Assembly (NCBI GenBank): GCA_036562365.1
Contig: DATCKI010000289.1
Span: 1-33,620 of the forward strand
Source of the DNA: Bacteroidia bacterium
Lineage (GTDB): Bacteria > Bacteroidota > Bacteroidia > CAIKAF01
DNA: 33,620 nucleotides
Direction: 5' to 3'
The position numbers and the translations under genes were made by a program. The notes below the pieces were generated by a model. The model made no database searches. It was not told the DNA's origin and saw only the letters and a list, made by a program, of their open reading frames with translations. The stretch's first letter is position 1. Each line of letters begins with the position of its first letter. Positions 17,103 to 24,998 of the stretch are shown here, in pieces.

Positions 17103-17777
17103 TTATGCGCGAGCTAAGGTAATTACATGAATTTCTTTCACCGATTCTTCTAAAAGTATGCGCGAGCAAGCCTCAATCGTTGCTCCAGTAGTCAATACAT
17201 CATCAACTATAGCCACTCTTTTCCCTTTTAAGTTAACTTTCGGATTGGCCACAAAAACCTCTTTCATCTTTTGGCTTCTCTCCCATCTATTACTCTTTGT
17301 ATTAGACTCGCTATGCACCTTACGCAGCAAGGCATTGGGATAAATATCTACCTGCGCTTCTTCTACAAAACCCATAGCTATTTCTTCGCTCTGATTATAA
17401 CCACGAAGCTCCCTTTTTACTGGATGTAAAGGCACAGGTACCATTACATCAAATTTATCTCTATCATTCTGAAGTTGCCATTTTTCGGCCAATTTTCGTC
17501 CGGCCCAACGAGCAGGATGCTCATCTCCCCCATATTTTATGTTATGCAAAAGCTCTTGTACCATGCCACCTTTATTAAACCTAAGCCATGAATATACCGA
17601 GTTAAAGGGTATTCTTCCTTCTAAACCTTGACGTACAAACACCTGCTCTACAGGGTATTTAAAGCTTGGTAAACTAAGATAACAACGTAAACACATTACG
17701 TTTTCTTCTTTCATCAAAACCTCTCCGCATGTCAAACAAATACGCGGAAATAACAAATGCATAAATGATTCCCACAT
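17103..17777 (-). CDS. comF: ComF-family phosphoribosyltransferase-domain protein
   Basis: 224 aa with an N-terminal Cys4 cluster (CLTCGE...CLRC) and the PRTase motif VAIVDDVLTTGATI. Confidence 0.75.
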   Translation of the reverse strand: MWESFMHLLFPRICLTCGEVLMKEENVMCLRCYLSLPSFKYPVEQVFVRQGLEGRIPFNSVYSWLRFNKGGMVQELLHNIKYGGDEHPARWAGRKLAEKWQLQNDRDKFDVMVPVPLHPVKRELRGYNQSEEIAMGFVEEAQVDIYPNALLRKVHSESNTKSNRWERSQKMKEVFVANPKVNLKGKRVAIVDDVLTTGATIEACSRILLEESVKEIHVITLARA

Positions 17778-17816
17778 ATCTAAATTTACAAAATTTTGAA
17801 AGTCAGATTAAAAACT

Positions 17817-17824
17817 TAGTTTTG
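17817..17824 (+). promoter_or_regulatory. Bacteroidota -7 promoter box TAGTTTTG for the 17844 gene
   Basis: Exact TAnnTTTG, 19 nt upstream of the ATG at 17844. Confidence 0.5.
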
Positions 17825-17843
17825 TATAAATGCTACCAAAATC

Positions 17844-18611
17844 ATGAAATTCAAACACCTTGTCAGTATATTTTTATTCTCACTTTCAAGTATAACTTTT
17901 GCTCAAATTCCAAATTCAAACTCAGAGGCAAGTGAATTTATTCAACCCTACTCGATGAGTGGATTATCGGGAGCAGGAGTTTGTTATAACCCAAATAAAA
18001 AACTCTATTATGCTGCCTTTATTGATGGTGAAGATTCCCCTCTTGAAGTTTATAATAACAATTATAATTTCTTGTATAGCGGCCCTATTAAAGCGGAGAT
18101 TAATTCAATTTGGTATAATCCTAAAACCGACAAGCTTGAAGGGATTTTAGCAAATAATAAAGGGCTCTTCTCTATTGATTTAAACGCTGATGGAATTCCT
18201 TATCAAATCAACTTTATTAAAACTAAATTTGACCTTCCTGGCGGAAGAAATGGTGCGGCTTTCAATGCGAATAGCAACGAGATCTACTATGTAGTAGAAG
18301 GCACTTTATACATTCAGAGTCTTAAAAACAGCAAAAAGAAAAAGCTAATACTAGAAGGATTTGCCCTTAATGGTTATGTGGAAGATGCTCCCATTTATAC
18401 AGGAGTTAAAGGATATGAAATTGGATTATTAGGCTATGGCGAAAATAAATTATACCTATTTGATCTAAAAACTGGGAAACAATCGGCTCAAGTAAATTTA
18501 GGATTTGGTGCAGAACTAATAGAAAGTCATAATATAGGCTATACCAATAACACTCTATTCATATTTAGTTCGTATACCTACTATTGGGATGGATTTAAAA
18601 TCTTTAAATAG
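17844..18611 (+). CDS. secreted hypothetical protein with about five roughly 45-aa repeats (beta-propeller-like)
   Basis: 255 aa with signal peptide MKFKHLVSIFLFSLSSITFAQ. A recurring motif appears about every 45 aa: CYNPNKKLYYAAF, WYNPKTDKLEGIL, FNANSNEIYYVVE, YGENKLYLFDL, YTNNTLFIFSS. Confidence 0.5.
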   Translation: MKFKHLVSIFLFSLSSITFAQIPNSNSEASEFIQPYSMSGLSGAGVCYNPNKKLYYAAFIDGEDSPLEVYNNNYNFLYSGPIKAEINSIWYNPKTDKLEGILANNKGLFSIDLNADGIPYQINFIKTKFDLPGGRNGAAFNANSNEIYYVVEGTLYIQSLKNSKKKKLILEGFALNGYVEDAPIYTGVKGYEIGLLGYGENKLYLFDLKTGKQSAQVNLGFGAELIESHNIGYTNNTLFIFSSYTYYWDGFKIFK

Positions 18612-18612
18612 C

Positions 18613-19629
18613 TTATTTAGTTGCTGATTTAATAATTCCTTCAACCTGAAGCATATATTCACGTTTATCGAATTGTGGTGCATATACAAATCCTTCTAAC
18701 ATAATCCATTTTTGATTATCTGGATTGTATGAAACGATATTAATAAACGGACCACCTTTAAATTCGGTACTCATTCTCCATAATCCACGTTGCACAAATC
18801 CTCTTTGTCCATTAAATTCAATAGATAAAGAGTCGGTTGGAACTAACCTTTCGGTTAGCATATACGAGCCTTCTTTGTATCCTAAAATATATTTTTGAGC
18901 TATACTATCGCGAACATTAAGCGCCCCTTCTCTGCTAAAAATATTTTCATTTGTATATTCTCCCGTTGCGAACCATAAAGAACGCTGAATTTTACCATCA
19001 AAAGCGCCTCTATCGGTCTTTAACTCTCTTAATCCTTCGTTTAAGTAATATACAAAATCAGTAGTATCTATACCTAAACTATACCCTTTAGGAATTGAAA
19101 CTTTAAGCCCAACAACTTCTTCAATAGCCTTTTGAGCATCTCGATTTACGATTTTATTATACTCTTTAGCTAATAATTTGAAATCGTTTTTTCTTAAGAT
19201 TTCTTCTATATCAGTAGCAACTTTAGCCCAATATTCAAGCAATTCTTCCGAATTTTCAGCTACTACTGTAACTAAAACTTGACCATTAGCATAAAGATTA
19301 TTTTCAACCTTATATGCGGCTTCTTTTTGTTGTGGATTTATCTGAAAACGAACCACATTTCTATGCACTCTAAATAAACTTTGAAAATGGCTAGAATTTG
19401 AACGGAATACTTTCCAATATGGCTCTTCTTGAGGCAATACAGGCATAGGACGACTTAAATAGGTTCGAATAGAATCAACCCATTTAGATTTTAATTCCTG
19501 TTCATCAATAACTATTACTATTTCTCCTGGTTTTCCTCCAGCATCTGGAATTAAACCACTTACATCTCCCTTACACGCAGTAAATCCTAAAATTATAAGA
19601 GAGATAAATAAAAGTTTATTTCGGAACAT
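18613..19629 (-). CDS. lipoprotein of unknown function (DUF4837-like)
   Basis: 338 aa with a lipoprotein signal (IILGFTACKGD). The PGEIVIVIDE...VLPQEEPYWKVF opening resembles the DUF4837 family as I remember it. The family call is tentative. Confidence 0.45.
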   Translation of the reverse strand: MFRNKLLFISLIILGFTACKGDVSGLIPDAGGKPGEIVIVIDEQELKSKWVDSIRTYLSRPMPVLPQEEPYWKVFRSNSSHFQSLFRVHRNVVRFQINPQQKEAAYKVENNLYANGQVLVTVVAENSEELLEYWAKVATDIEEILRKNDFKLLAKEYNKIVNRDAQKAIEEVVGLKVSIPKGYSLGIDTTDFVYYLNEGLRELKTDRGAFDGKIQRSLWFATGEYTNENIFSREGALNVRDSIAQKYILGYKEGSYMLTERLVPTDSLSIEFNGQRGFVQRGLWRMSTEFKGGPFINIVSYNPDNQKWIMLEGFVYAPQFDKREYMLQVEGIIKSATK

Positions 19630-19631
19630 TT

Positions 19632-21134
19632 TTAGCCTATTTTGATTTTTAATTTAGCACCAGCCTGAATGTTCTTCGACTTTAAATTATTCCACTTCAT
19701 TAAGTCAGCAACCGAAACATTATGATTAGATGCTATTTTGTATAACGTATCGCCCGATTTAATAGTATACGTTTTATACTTAGCTGGAGCTGGTGTATTT
19801 ATAATTTTAGGTTGTTCAACAACAGCAGGGCGAGTTTGAGCTTGCGCACTCTCTTCTTTTCTAGCTGCTATTAATGCATCATTTCTAACTAATAAGGTAA
19901 GCTTTTGACCTACATATAAAGTTTGATTGGTCAATTTATTCCAATCCATAATATCAGTTACACGTACCTGATAACGTTTAGCAATAAGTGAGATATACTC
20001 ACCTTTCTTAACCACATAATCAAATTTCACAACTCCTGTATCTTCAGAGCTTGGAATATTCACTGGCTCTAAAGTAGGTTTGGTAGTATCTACTTTCGCA
20101 ACGGTATTTAATGAAGCATACAACTTCTCTTCATTATTAATAAAATCTCCTATATATTTCTTTGGCAACCAAAGTACTTGTGGTTTTGCGCTTCCAGGAA
20201 TTACATTTTTAATGTACATAGGATTCAAAAATGCAATATCGCTAACTGGAATATTGATTAAGTCGCTAATTTGTTGAAATGTTACATTCTTTGAAACGTA
20301 AACCGAATCTATTTCATAGTTGAAATACTTTGGTTCAGTTGGGTAAATATTATATTCTTTGTGATAGGTAAGAACATAAACTACTGCAATAAAAGCAGGA
20401 ACATAGTTTTGAGTTTCAGTAGGCATATATGCTCTCACTTCCCAGTAATCGGTACTTCCACCAGCTCTACGTACGGCTTTATTTACATTACCTGGCCCCG
20501 CATTATAGGCTGCTAAAGCTAAATTCCAGTCGTTATACAAACCATGTAAATACTTTAAATATCTACAAGCAGCTTCAGTAGCTAATTCTGGATCGCTTCT
20601 ATCATCCACATAGCTATTTGCTTGTAATCCGTACATTAAACCTGTACGATACATAAATTGCCATAATCCTTTTGCACCTACACGAGAAGTAGCCGTTGGA
20701 TTTAAAGCAGATTCAACAATGGCTAAATATTTTAATTCTAATGGTAAATTATGTTTTGCTAATTTTTCTTCAAACATTGGGAAGTAAAGTTGACTTAAGC
20801 CCAACATTCTTGATACTAAATTTCTTCTTTTCTTTGCATAAACATCTATAAAAGACTTAACAGAAGCATTGTATTGAAGACTAAATGGAGAAAGAGCGTC
20901 TAATTTTTCAATTCTCTTTTTAATCTCTTCTTCTGAATATTCAGGAATTTCGTCTTCTTTAAAATTATAGATATTTAATTCGTTCCTATTGGTAGTGAAT
21001 TTGTTATTTTTAAAGAAACTCACGAGGTCCAAACTGTCTAGCATTTCCACAATGGGATCGCTATTACTAATTTGTGCTTGTGAGATTGGCGCTATAAAAA
21101 AGATGAGCACACTTATGTATAAAAACCTTTTCAT
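19632..21134 (-). CDS. MltD-like lytic murein transglycosylase with two C-terminal LysM domains
   Basis: 500 aa with a signal peptide. The SLT catalytic block is AIVESALNPTATSRVGAKGLWQFM plus AAYNAGPGNV. Two LysM repeats are present (YVVKKGEYISLIAKRY... and YTIKSGDTLYKIASNH...). Confidence 0.8.
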   Translation of the reverse strand: MKRFLYISVLIFFIAPISQAQISNSDPIVEMLDSLDLVSFFKNNKFTTNRNELNIYNFKEDEIPEYSEEEIKKRIEKLDALSPFSLQYNASVKSFIDVYAKKRRNLVSRMLGLSQLYFPMFEEKLAKHNLPLELKYLAIVESALNPTATSRVGAKGLWQFMYRTGLMYGLQANSYVDDRSDPELATEAACRYLKYLHGLYNDWNLALAAYNAGPGNVNKAVRRAGGSTDYWEVRAYMPTETQNYVPAFIAVVYVLTYHKEYNIYPTEPKYFNYEIDSVYVSKNVTFQQISDLINIPVSDIAFLNPMYIKNVIPGSAKPQVLWLPKKYIGDFINNEEKLYASLNTVAKVDTTKPTLEPVNIPSSEDTGVVKFDYVVKKGEYISLIAKRYQVRVTDIMDWNKLTNQTLYVGQKLTLLVRNDALIAARKEESAQAQTRPAVVEQPKIINTPAPAKYKTYTIKSGDTLYKIASNHNVSVADLMKWNNLKSKNIQAGAKLKIKIG

Positions 21135-21160
21135 TCCCTGTCAATATTCTACTAATAACT

Positions 21161-21200
21161 AAAAACTATCGTTCGCATTGTATAACAATACGAACGATAG
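21161..21200 (-). terminator. rho-independent terminator of gatA
   Basis: A perfect 10-bp stem (21166-21175 / 21191-21200) has an inner attgt/acaat extension. On the reverse strand it is followed by TTTTT. Confidence 0.8.
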
Positions 21201-21230
21201 TAAAAGTAACAAAAAATTAATAAAAATGTA

Positions 21231-22655
21231 TTAAAGATACATCAACGACTTAGCAACACTATACAAAGTAGCTTCGTTGAATTTCTTACCTAAAACTTGC
21301 ATTCCTATAGGTAAGTTTTTATCATCTTTTCCTGTAGGGAAAGCTAAAGCTGGATGCCCTGTAACATTAGCTTGTACAGTGAAGATGTCTTGCAAATACA
21401 TTTTAACCGGATCTTCTGAATTTTCTCCAAATTTGAAGGCAGAGTCCGTAATAGTTGGCATTAATATAACATCAGAATTCTCAAGAATTGCATCTGTTTC
21501 TTGCGTAATTTTTCGTCTTGCTTTTTGAGCTCGACTATAATATGCATCGTAGAAACCACTACTTAAAACAAAGGTTCCTAACATTATTCTTCTTTTCACT
21601 TCCCATCCAAATCCTTCTGAACGAGATTTTTTATAAAGATCATCTAAATCTTCAATGGCATCGGTAGATCTATGGCCGAAACGAATGCCATCGTAACGAG
21701 ATAAGTTTGACGATGCTTCTGCAGTAGTTAAAACATAATAAATAGGGACTAGATAATCGAAATAATCGAATTCTACCTCTTTCAATGTATGTCCGGCAGC
21801 TTTAGCATTGTCTATACTTTTTTGGTAGGCTTGACGTATAGAAGAAGCAATAGATTCATTATTTAATAATGAAGGAAGATAAGCTATAGTTAAGCCTTTT
21901 TTCTCTTCAATATTTGCATAATTTGCGACTTCTTTAGTAGATGCTGTTGCATCTTTTCCATCTTGACCACTAATTACCTCAAGGACTAATGCGTTATCTT
22001 CTAAAGTTTGAGAGAATGGACCAATTTGGTCGAAGCTACTTCCGTAAGCTAATAAGCCCCAACGACTCACACGACCATAGCTTGGTTTCATACCAACCAG
22101 TCCACAAAGTGCGGCTGGCTGACGTATACTTCCGCCCGTATCAGAGCCCAAAGAAACGTGACAAGTTCCTGCAGCAACAGAGGCCGCTGAACCACCGCTT
22201 GAACCACCGGGAACTCGCGTAGGGTCATGAGGGTTTTTAACCTTACCATAAACCGAAGTTTCGTTACTACTACCCATAGCAAATTCGTCGCAACCAACAC
22301 GGCCAATTATTATGGCACCTTCGGCTAATAAACGTTCTACTACAGTTGCAGAATATACACTTTCGTAACCCTCTAAAATTTTTGAAGAAGCGCTAACCTT
22401 ATGGCCTTTATAGCTAATATTATCTTTTAGCGCTAAAACCATACCCTCTAATTTACGAGGTGTGCCAGCAGCAAATCGAGCGTCCGATTCAGCAGCAAAT
22501 TTCTTAGCCTCATCCTCGAATACTTCAATATAAGCATTCAGCTCTTCCGTATCCTTAATGCGTTTCAAAAAAGCCGAAACTCTTTCAGATACGCTTAAAG
22601 TTTTAGATTCAAATGCTTTTCTATCTGATAAATAAGAAACCGACTCTGTAAACAT
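21231..22655 (-). CDS. gatA: Asp-tRNA(Asn)/Glu-tRNA(Gln) amidotransferase subunit A
   Basis: 474 aa with the amidase signature GGSSGGSAASVAAG and GSDTGGSIRQPAA. Its ATG overlaps the tatA stop (TAATG). Confidence 0.9.
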   Translation of the reverse strand: MFTESVSYLSDRKAFESKTLSVSERVSAFLKRIKDTEELNAYIEVFEDEAKKFAAESDARFAAGTPRKLEGMVLALKDNISYKGHKVSASSKILEGYESVYSATVVERLLAEGAIIIGRVGCDEFAMGSSNETSVYGKVKNPHDPTRVPGGSSGGSAASVAAGTCHVSLGSDTGGSIRQPAALCGLVGMKPSYGRVSRWGLLAYGSSFDQIGPFSQTLEDNALVLEVISGQDGKDATASTKEVANYANIEEKKGLTIAYLPSLLNNESIASSIRQAYQKSIDNAKAAGHTLKEVEFDYFDYLVPIYYVLTTAEASSNLSRYDGIRFGHRSTDAIEDLDDLYKKSRSEGFGWEVKRRIMLGTFVLSSGFYDAYYSRAQKARRKITQETDAILENSDVILMPTITDSAFKFGENSEDPVKMYLQDIFTVQANVTGHPALAFPTGKDDKNLPIGMQVLGKKFNEATLYSVAKSLMYL

Positions 22656-22843
22656 TAATCTTTATTCTCCTCAGATTTTTTATCCTCAGGGTTATTCATT
22701 CCATCTTTAAACTCGCGTACGCCTTGCCCTAAACCTTTCATAAGTTCAGGAATTTTGCGGCCACCGAATAATAATAATAACACTCCAATGATTAATAAAA
22801 CCTGTGGCCATCCAATGGCTCCAAAAAATATGTGTGATGACAT
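22655..22843 (-). CDS. tatA: twin-arginine translocase subunit TatA/E
   Basis: 62 aa with a single TM helix followed by the hinge and amphipathic helix (LLLLFGGRKIPELMKGLGQGVREFK). Confidence 0.85.
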   Translation of the reverse strand: MSSHIFFGAIGWPQVLLIIGVLLLLFGGRKIPELMKGLGQGVREFKDGMNNPEDKKSEENKD

Positions 22844-22859
22844 CCTAACTAATTTTTCA

Positions 22860-22867
22860 CAAAGTTA
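22860..22867 (-). promoter_or_regulatory. Bacteroidota -7 promoter box TAACTTTG for tatA-gatA
   Basis: Exact TAnnTTTG on the reverse strand, 16 nt upstream of the ATG at 22843. Confidence 0.55.
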
Positions 22868-23142
22868 AAATAAAAACTCCAAAAAGTTTGGCATTAACCT
22901 CATTTTTACATTATCTTATAATACTCTCACTATCATATTCATTCCTGCCTAATTTTAACCTTTAAACAATAATATCCTTAAAATTCTGTTATTGATATAC
23001 ACAATGTCAAAATTATTGTTCATCTTGCATCAAGTAATTTAGTTTTTTTCGTAGTTGGTTCTCTCCTATAATGCCCCTCTACTAAAGGTTTCCGGTTTCG
23101 AAATTCTCTTTTTTTACTGCATTATTACGTTTTTATATTTAA

Positions 23143-24288
23143 ATGAGAAAATTTGAGCCGCTGCGCTTTAGCAGAAACAGAGCAGACTTCTATGTCACTT
23201 TAAACCAACGTGTTAACGAATACTTCAAAACACGCAAAGCACAAAAACACGCAAATGTTGAAATGATTTTTAAAAGCATATTTATGCTTGCTATCTATTT
23301 TGTGCCTTACTTCATCATGATGTTCGCTGGTATTACTAATCCTTGGATCATGCTTGGCCTTTGCCTTGTTATGGGGCTTGGTATTGCCGGAATTGGACTA
23401 AACATTATGCACGACGCCAACCATGGCGCATATTCTAACAATCCAGTTATCAATAATATTATGGGGCTTACTCTTAATCTAATTGGAGCAAATGCCTTTA
23501 ACTGGAAAGTTCAACACAACGTTTTACACCATACCTATACTAATGTTCACGATTTTGATGAAGACGTTTCTCAACGTGGAATCTTCCGCTTTAATCCAAA
23601 TGCTCCTCATAAAGCTATACACAAATTCCAACATATTTATGCTTGGTTCTTGTACGGACTTATGACCTTCCAATGGGTATTCTTTAAAGATATTGCACGT
23701 TTAATTAATTACCAACGTCGTGGACTAGTAAATCAAGTAAAAGCTTCTGCTAAGAAAGAATGGTTCATTTTAGTATTCTCTAAATTGATTTATCTAACTT
23801 ATGCTTTAGTTCTTCCAATGATTTTCTTACCATTTAGTTGGTGGCAAATCGCAATCGGTTTCTTTGCTGCACACTGGGTTGCTGGATTTATTCTAGCTGT
23901 TATCTTTCAGCCTGCACATGTAACTTCTGATTCTGAATTCCCACTGCCAGATGACGAAAAATCGTTAGAAAATAACTGGGCTATACACCAATTACTAACT
24001 ACTAAAAATTTCGCACAAGACAATTTCTTATTCAGTTGGTTCGTTGGTGGCTTAAATCAACAGATTGAACACCACCTTTTCCCTACTATTTGTCACGTTC
24101 ACTACCGTAATATTGGTAAAATTGTAAAAGCAACCGCTGAAGAGTATGATTTACCATATTATCAAGCTAAAACCTTTACTGGCGCGCTAGTTGAACACTT
24201 TACTCTACTTCGTAAGCTAGGTAATAAAAACTATATGGGCGAAGTTAAATTAGAACCCGTACTCGTAGATCAAGAATTAGCTTCTTAA
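23143..24288 (+). CDS. membrane fatty-acid desaturase, front-end-like (QxxHH third His box), no cytochrome b5 domain
   Basis: 381 aa with His boxes HDANH, HNVLHH and QIEHH. It has several TM segments and no HPGG heme-binding motif. Confidence 0.8.
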   Translation: MRKFEPLRFSRNRADFYVTLNQRVNEYFKTRKAQKHANVEMIFKSIFMLAIYFVPYFIMMFAGITNPWIMLGLCLVMGLGIAGIGLNIMHDANHGAYSNNPVINNIMGLTLNLIGANAFNWKVQHNVLHHTYTNVHDFDEDVSQRGIFRFNPNAPHKAIHKFQHIYAWFLYGLMTFQWVFFKDIARLINYQRRGLVNQVKASAKKEWFILVFSKLIYLTYALVLPMIFLPFSWWQIAIGFFAAHWVAGFILAVIFQPAHVTSDSEFPLPDDEKSLENNWAIHQLLTTKNFAQDNFLFSWFVGGLNQQIEHHLFPTICHVHYRNIGKIVKATAEEYDLPYYQAKTFTGALVEHFTLLRKLGNKNYMGEVKLEPVLVDQELAS

Positions 24289-24314
24289 GCTAATTTTATA
24301 AAGGATTTTTAGAT

Positions 24315-24345
24315 AGTCGTCTCACGTTTTGAGGCGACTTTTTTT
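24315..24345 (+). terminator. rho-independent terminator of the desaturase gene
   Basis: Stem agtcgtctc (24315-24323) / gaggcgact (24331-24339) with one G-U pair, followed by TTTTTT. Confidence 0.7.
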
Positions 24346-24969
24346 ATTCATCACTTTAAACATTGATTTTCTGGTAATCAGCACAGAGTGCATTCAAAAT
24401 TCTGTGCAGATAAAAATCAAACCAAAATCAATTAAGTAAATTCTAAATTGCATACTGTATTTCAAATGCTCACCGCAAAGTCGCAAAATACACTAAGAAA
24501 CGCAGAGTTAATCAAAACTAAATGACGGTTAACATGCTATAAGTTTGATTTCTTTCAACTTCTGAAAAATTGCACCCGCAAGAAACTTTATAATTCCAAT
24601 TAATGCTGGTTTGGTATTCTCTAATACGCTCGAATACCTAATAAATACTGCTCTTTTAATGGCCTATTGTTTTACTTTCATTATGTTCTCAACTGCGCTC
24701 GAACACAGTATTAATCTATATGATTAAATTTTATCTTTAAAAAGAAATTATATAAGGACTGACGTTTTTCATGAAAGTTTTAAAAATGCTAGTAAGTACT
24801 CTAGCCCCACCCAAGTACCTATTGGACTAAATATCCTAATTGATTCAAGCTCCAACGCAGCAAGGCAGAATTTGAGTTTATTTTAATGGTAAAAACAAAA
24901 TCAATAAATGTTATACAAAATTCAAATTCGCTAACTCAAAACAATACACATAATTCAGAGAATTCTTCG

Positions 24970-24977
24970 TATTTTTG
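24970..24977 (+). promoter_or_regulatory. Bacteroidota -7 promoter box TATTTTTG for valS
   Basis: Exact TAnnTTTG, 21 nt upstream of the ATG at 24999. It overlaps the ORF-track start at 24975, which argues against that start. Confidence 0.6.
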
Positions 24978-24998
24978 CACACATTTTTACCTAATTTT

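Noticed and set aside
24346-24998. A T-box or other aminoacyl-tRNA-synthetase leader upstream of valS.
   Set aside because: I see no T-box consensus and no specifier/antiterminator architecture. The valS -7 box is only 21 nt from the ATG, so the long upstream region would not be part of the valS transcript.
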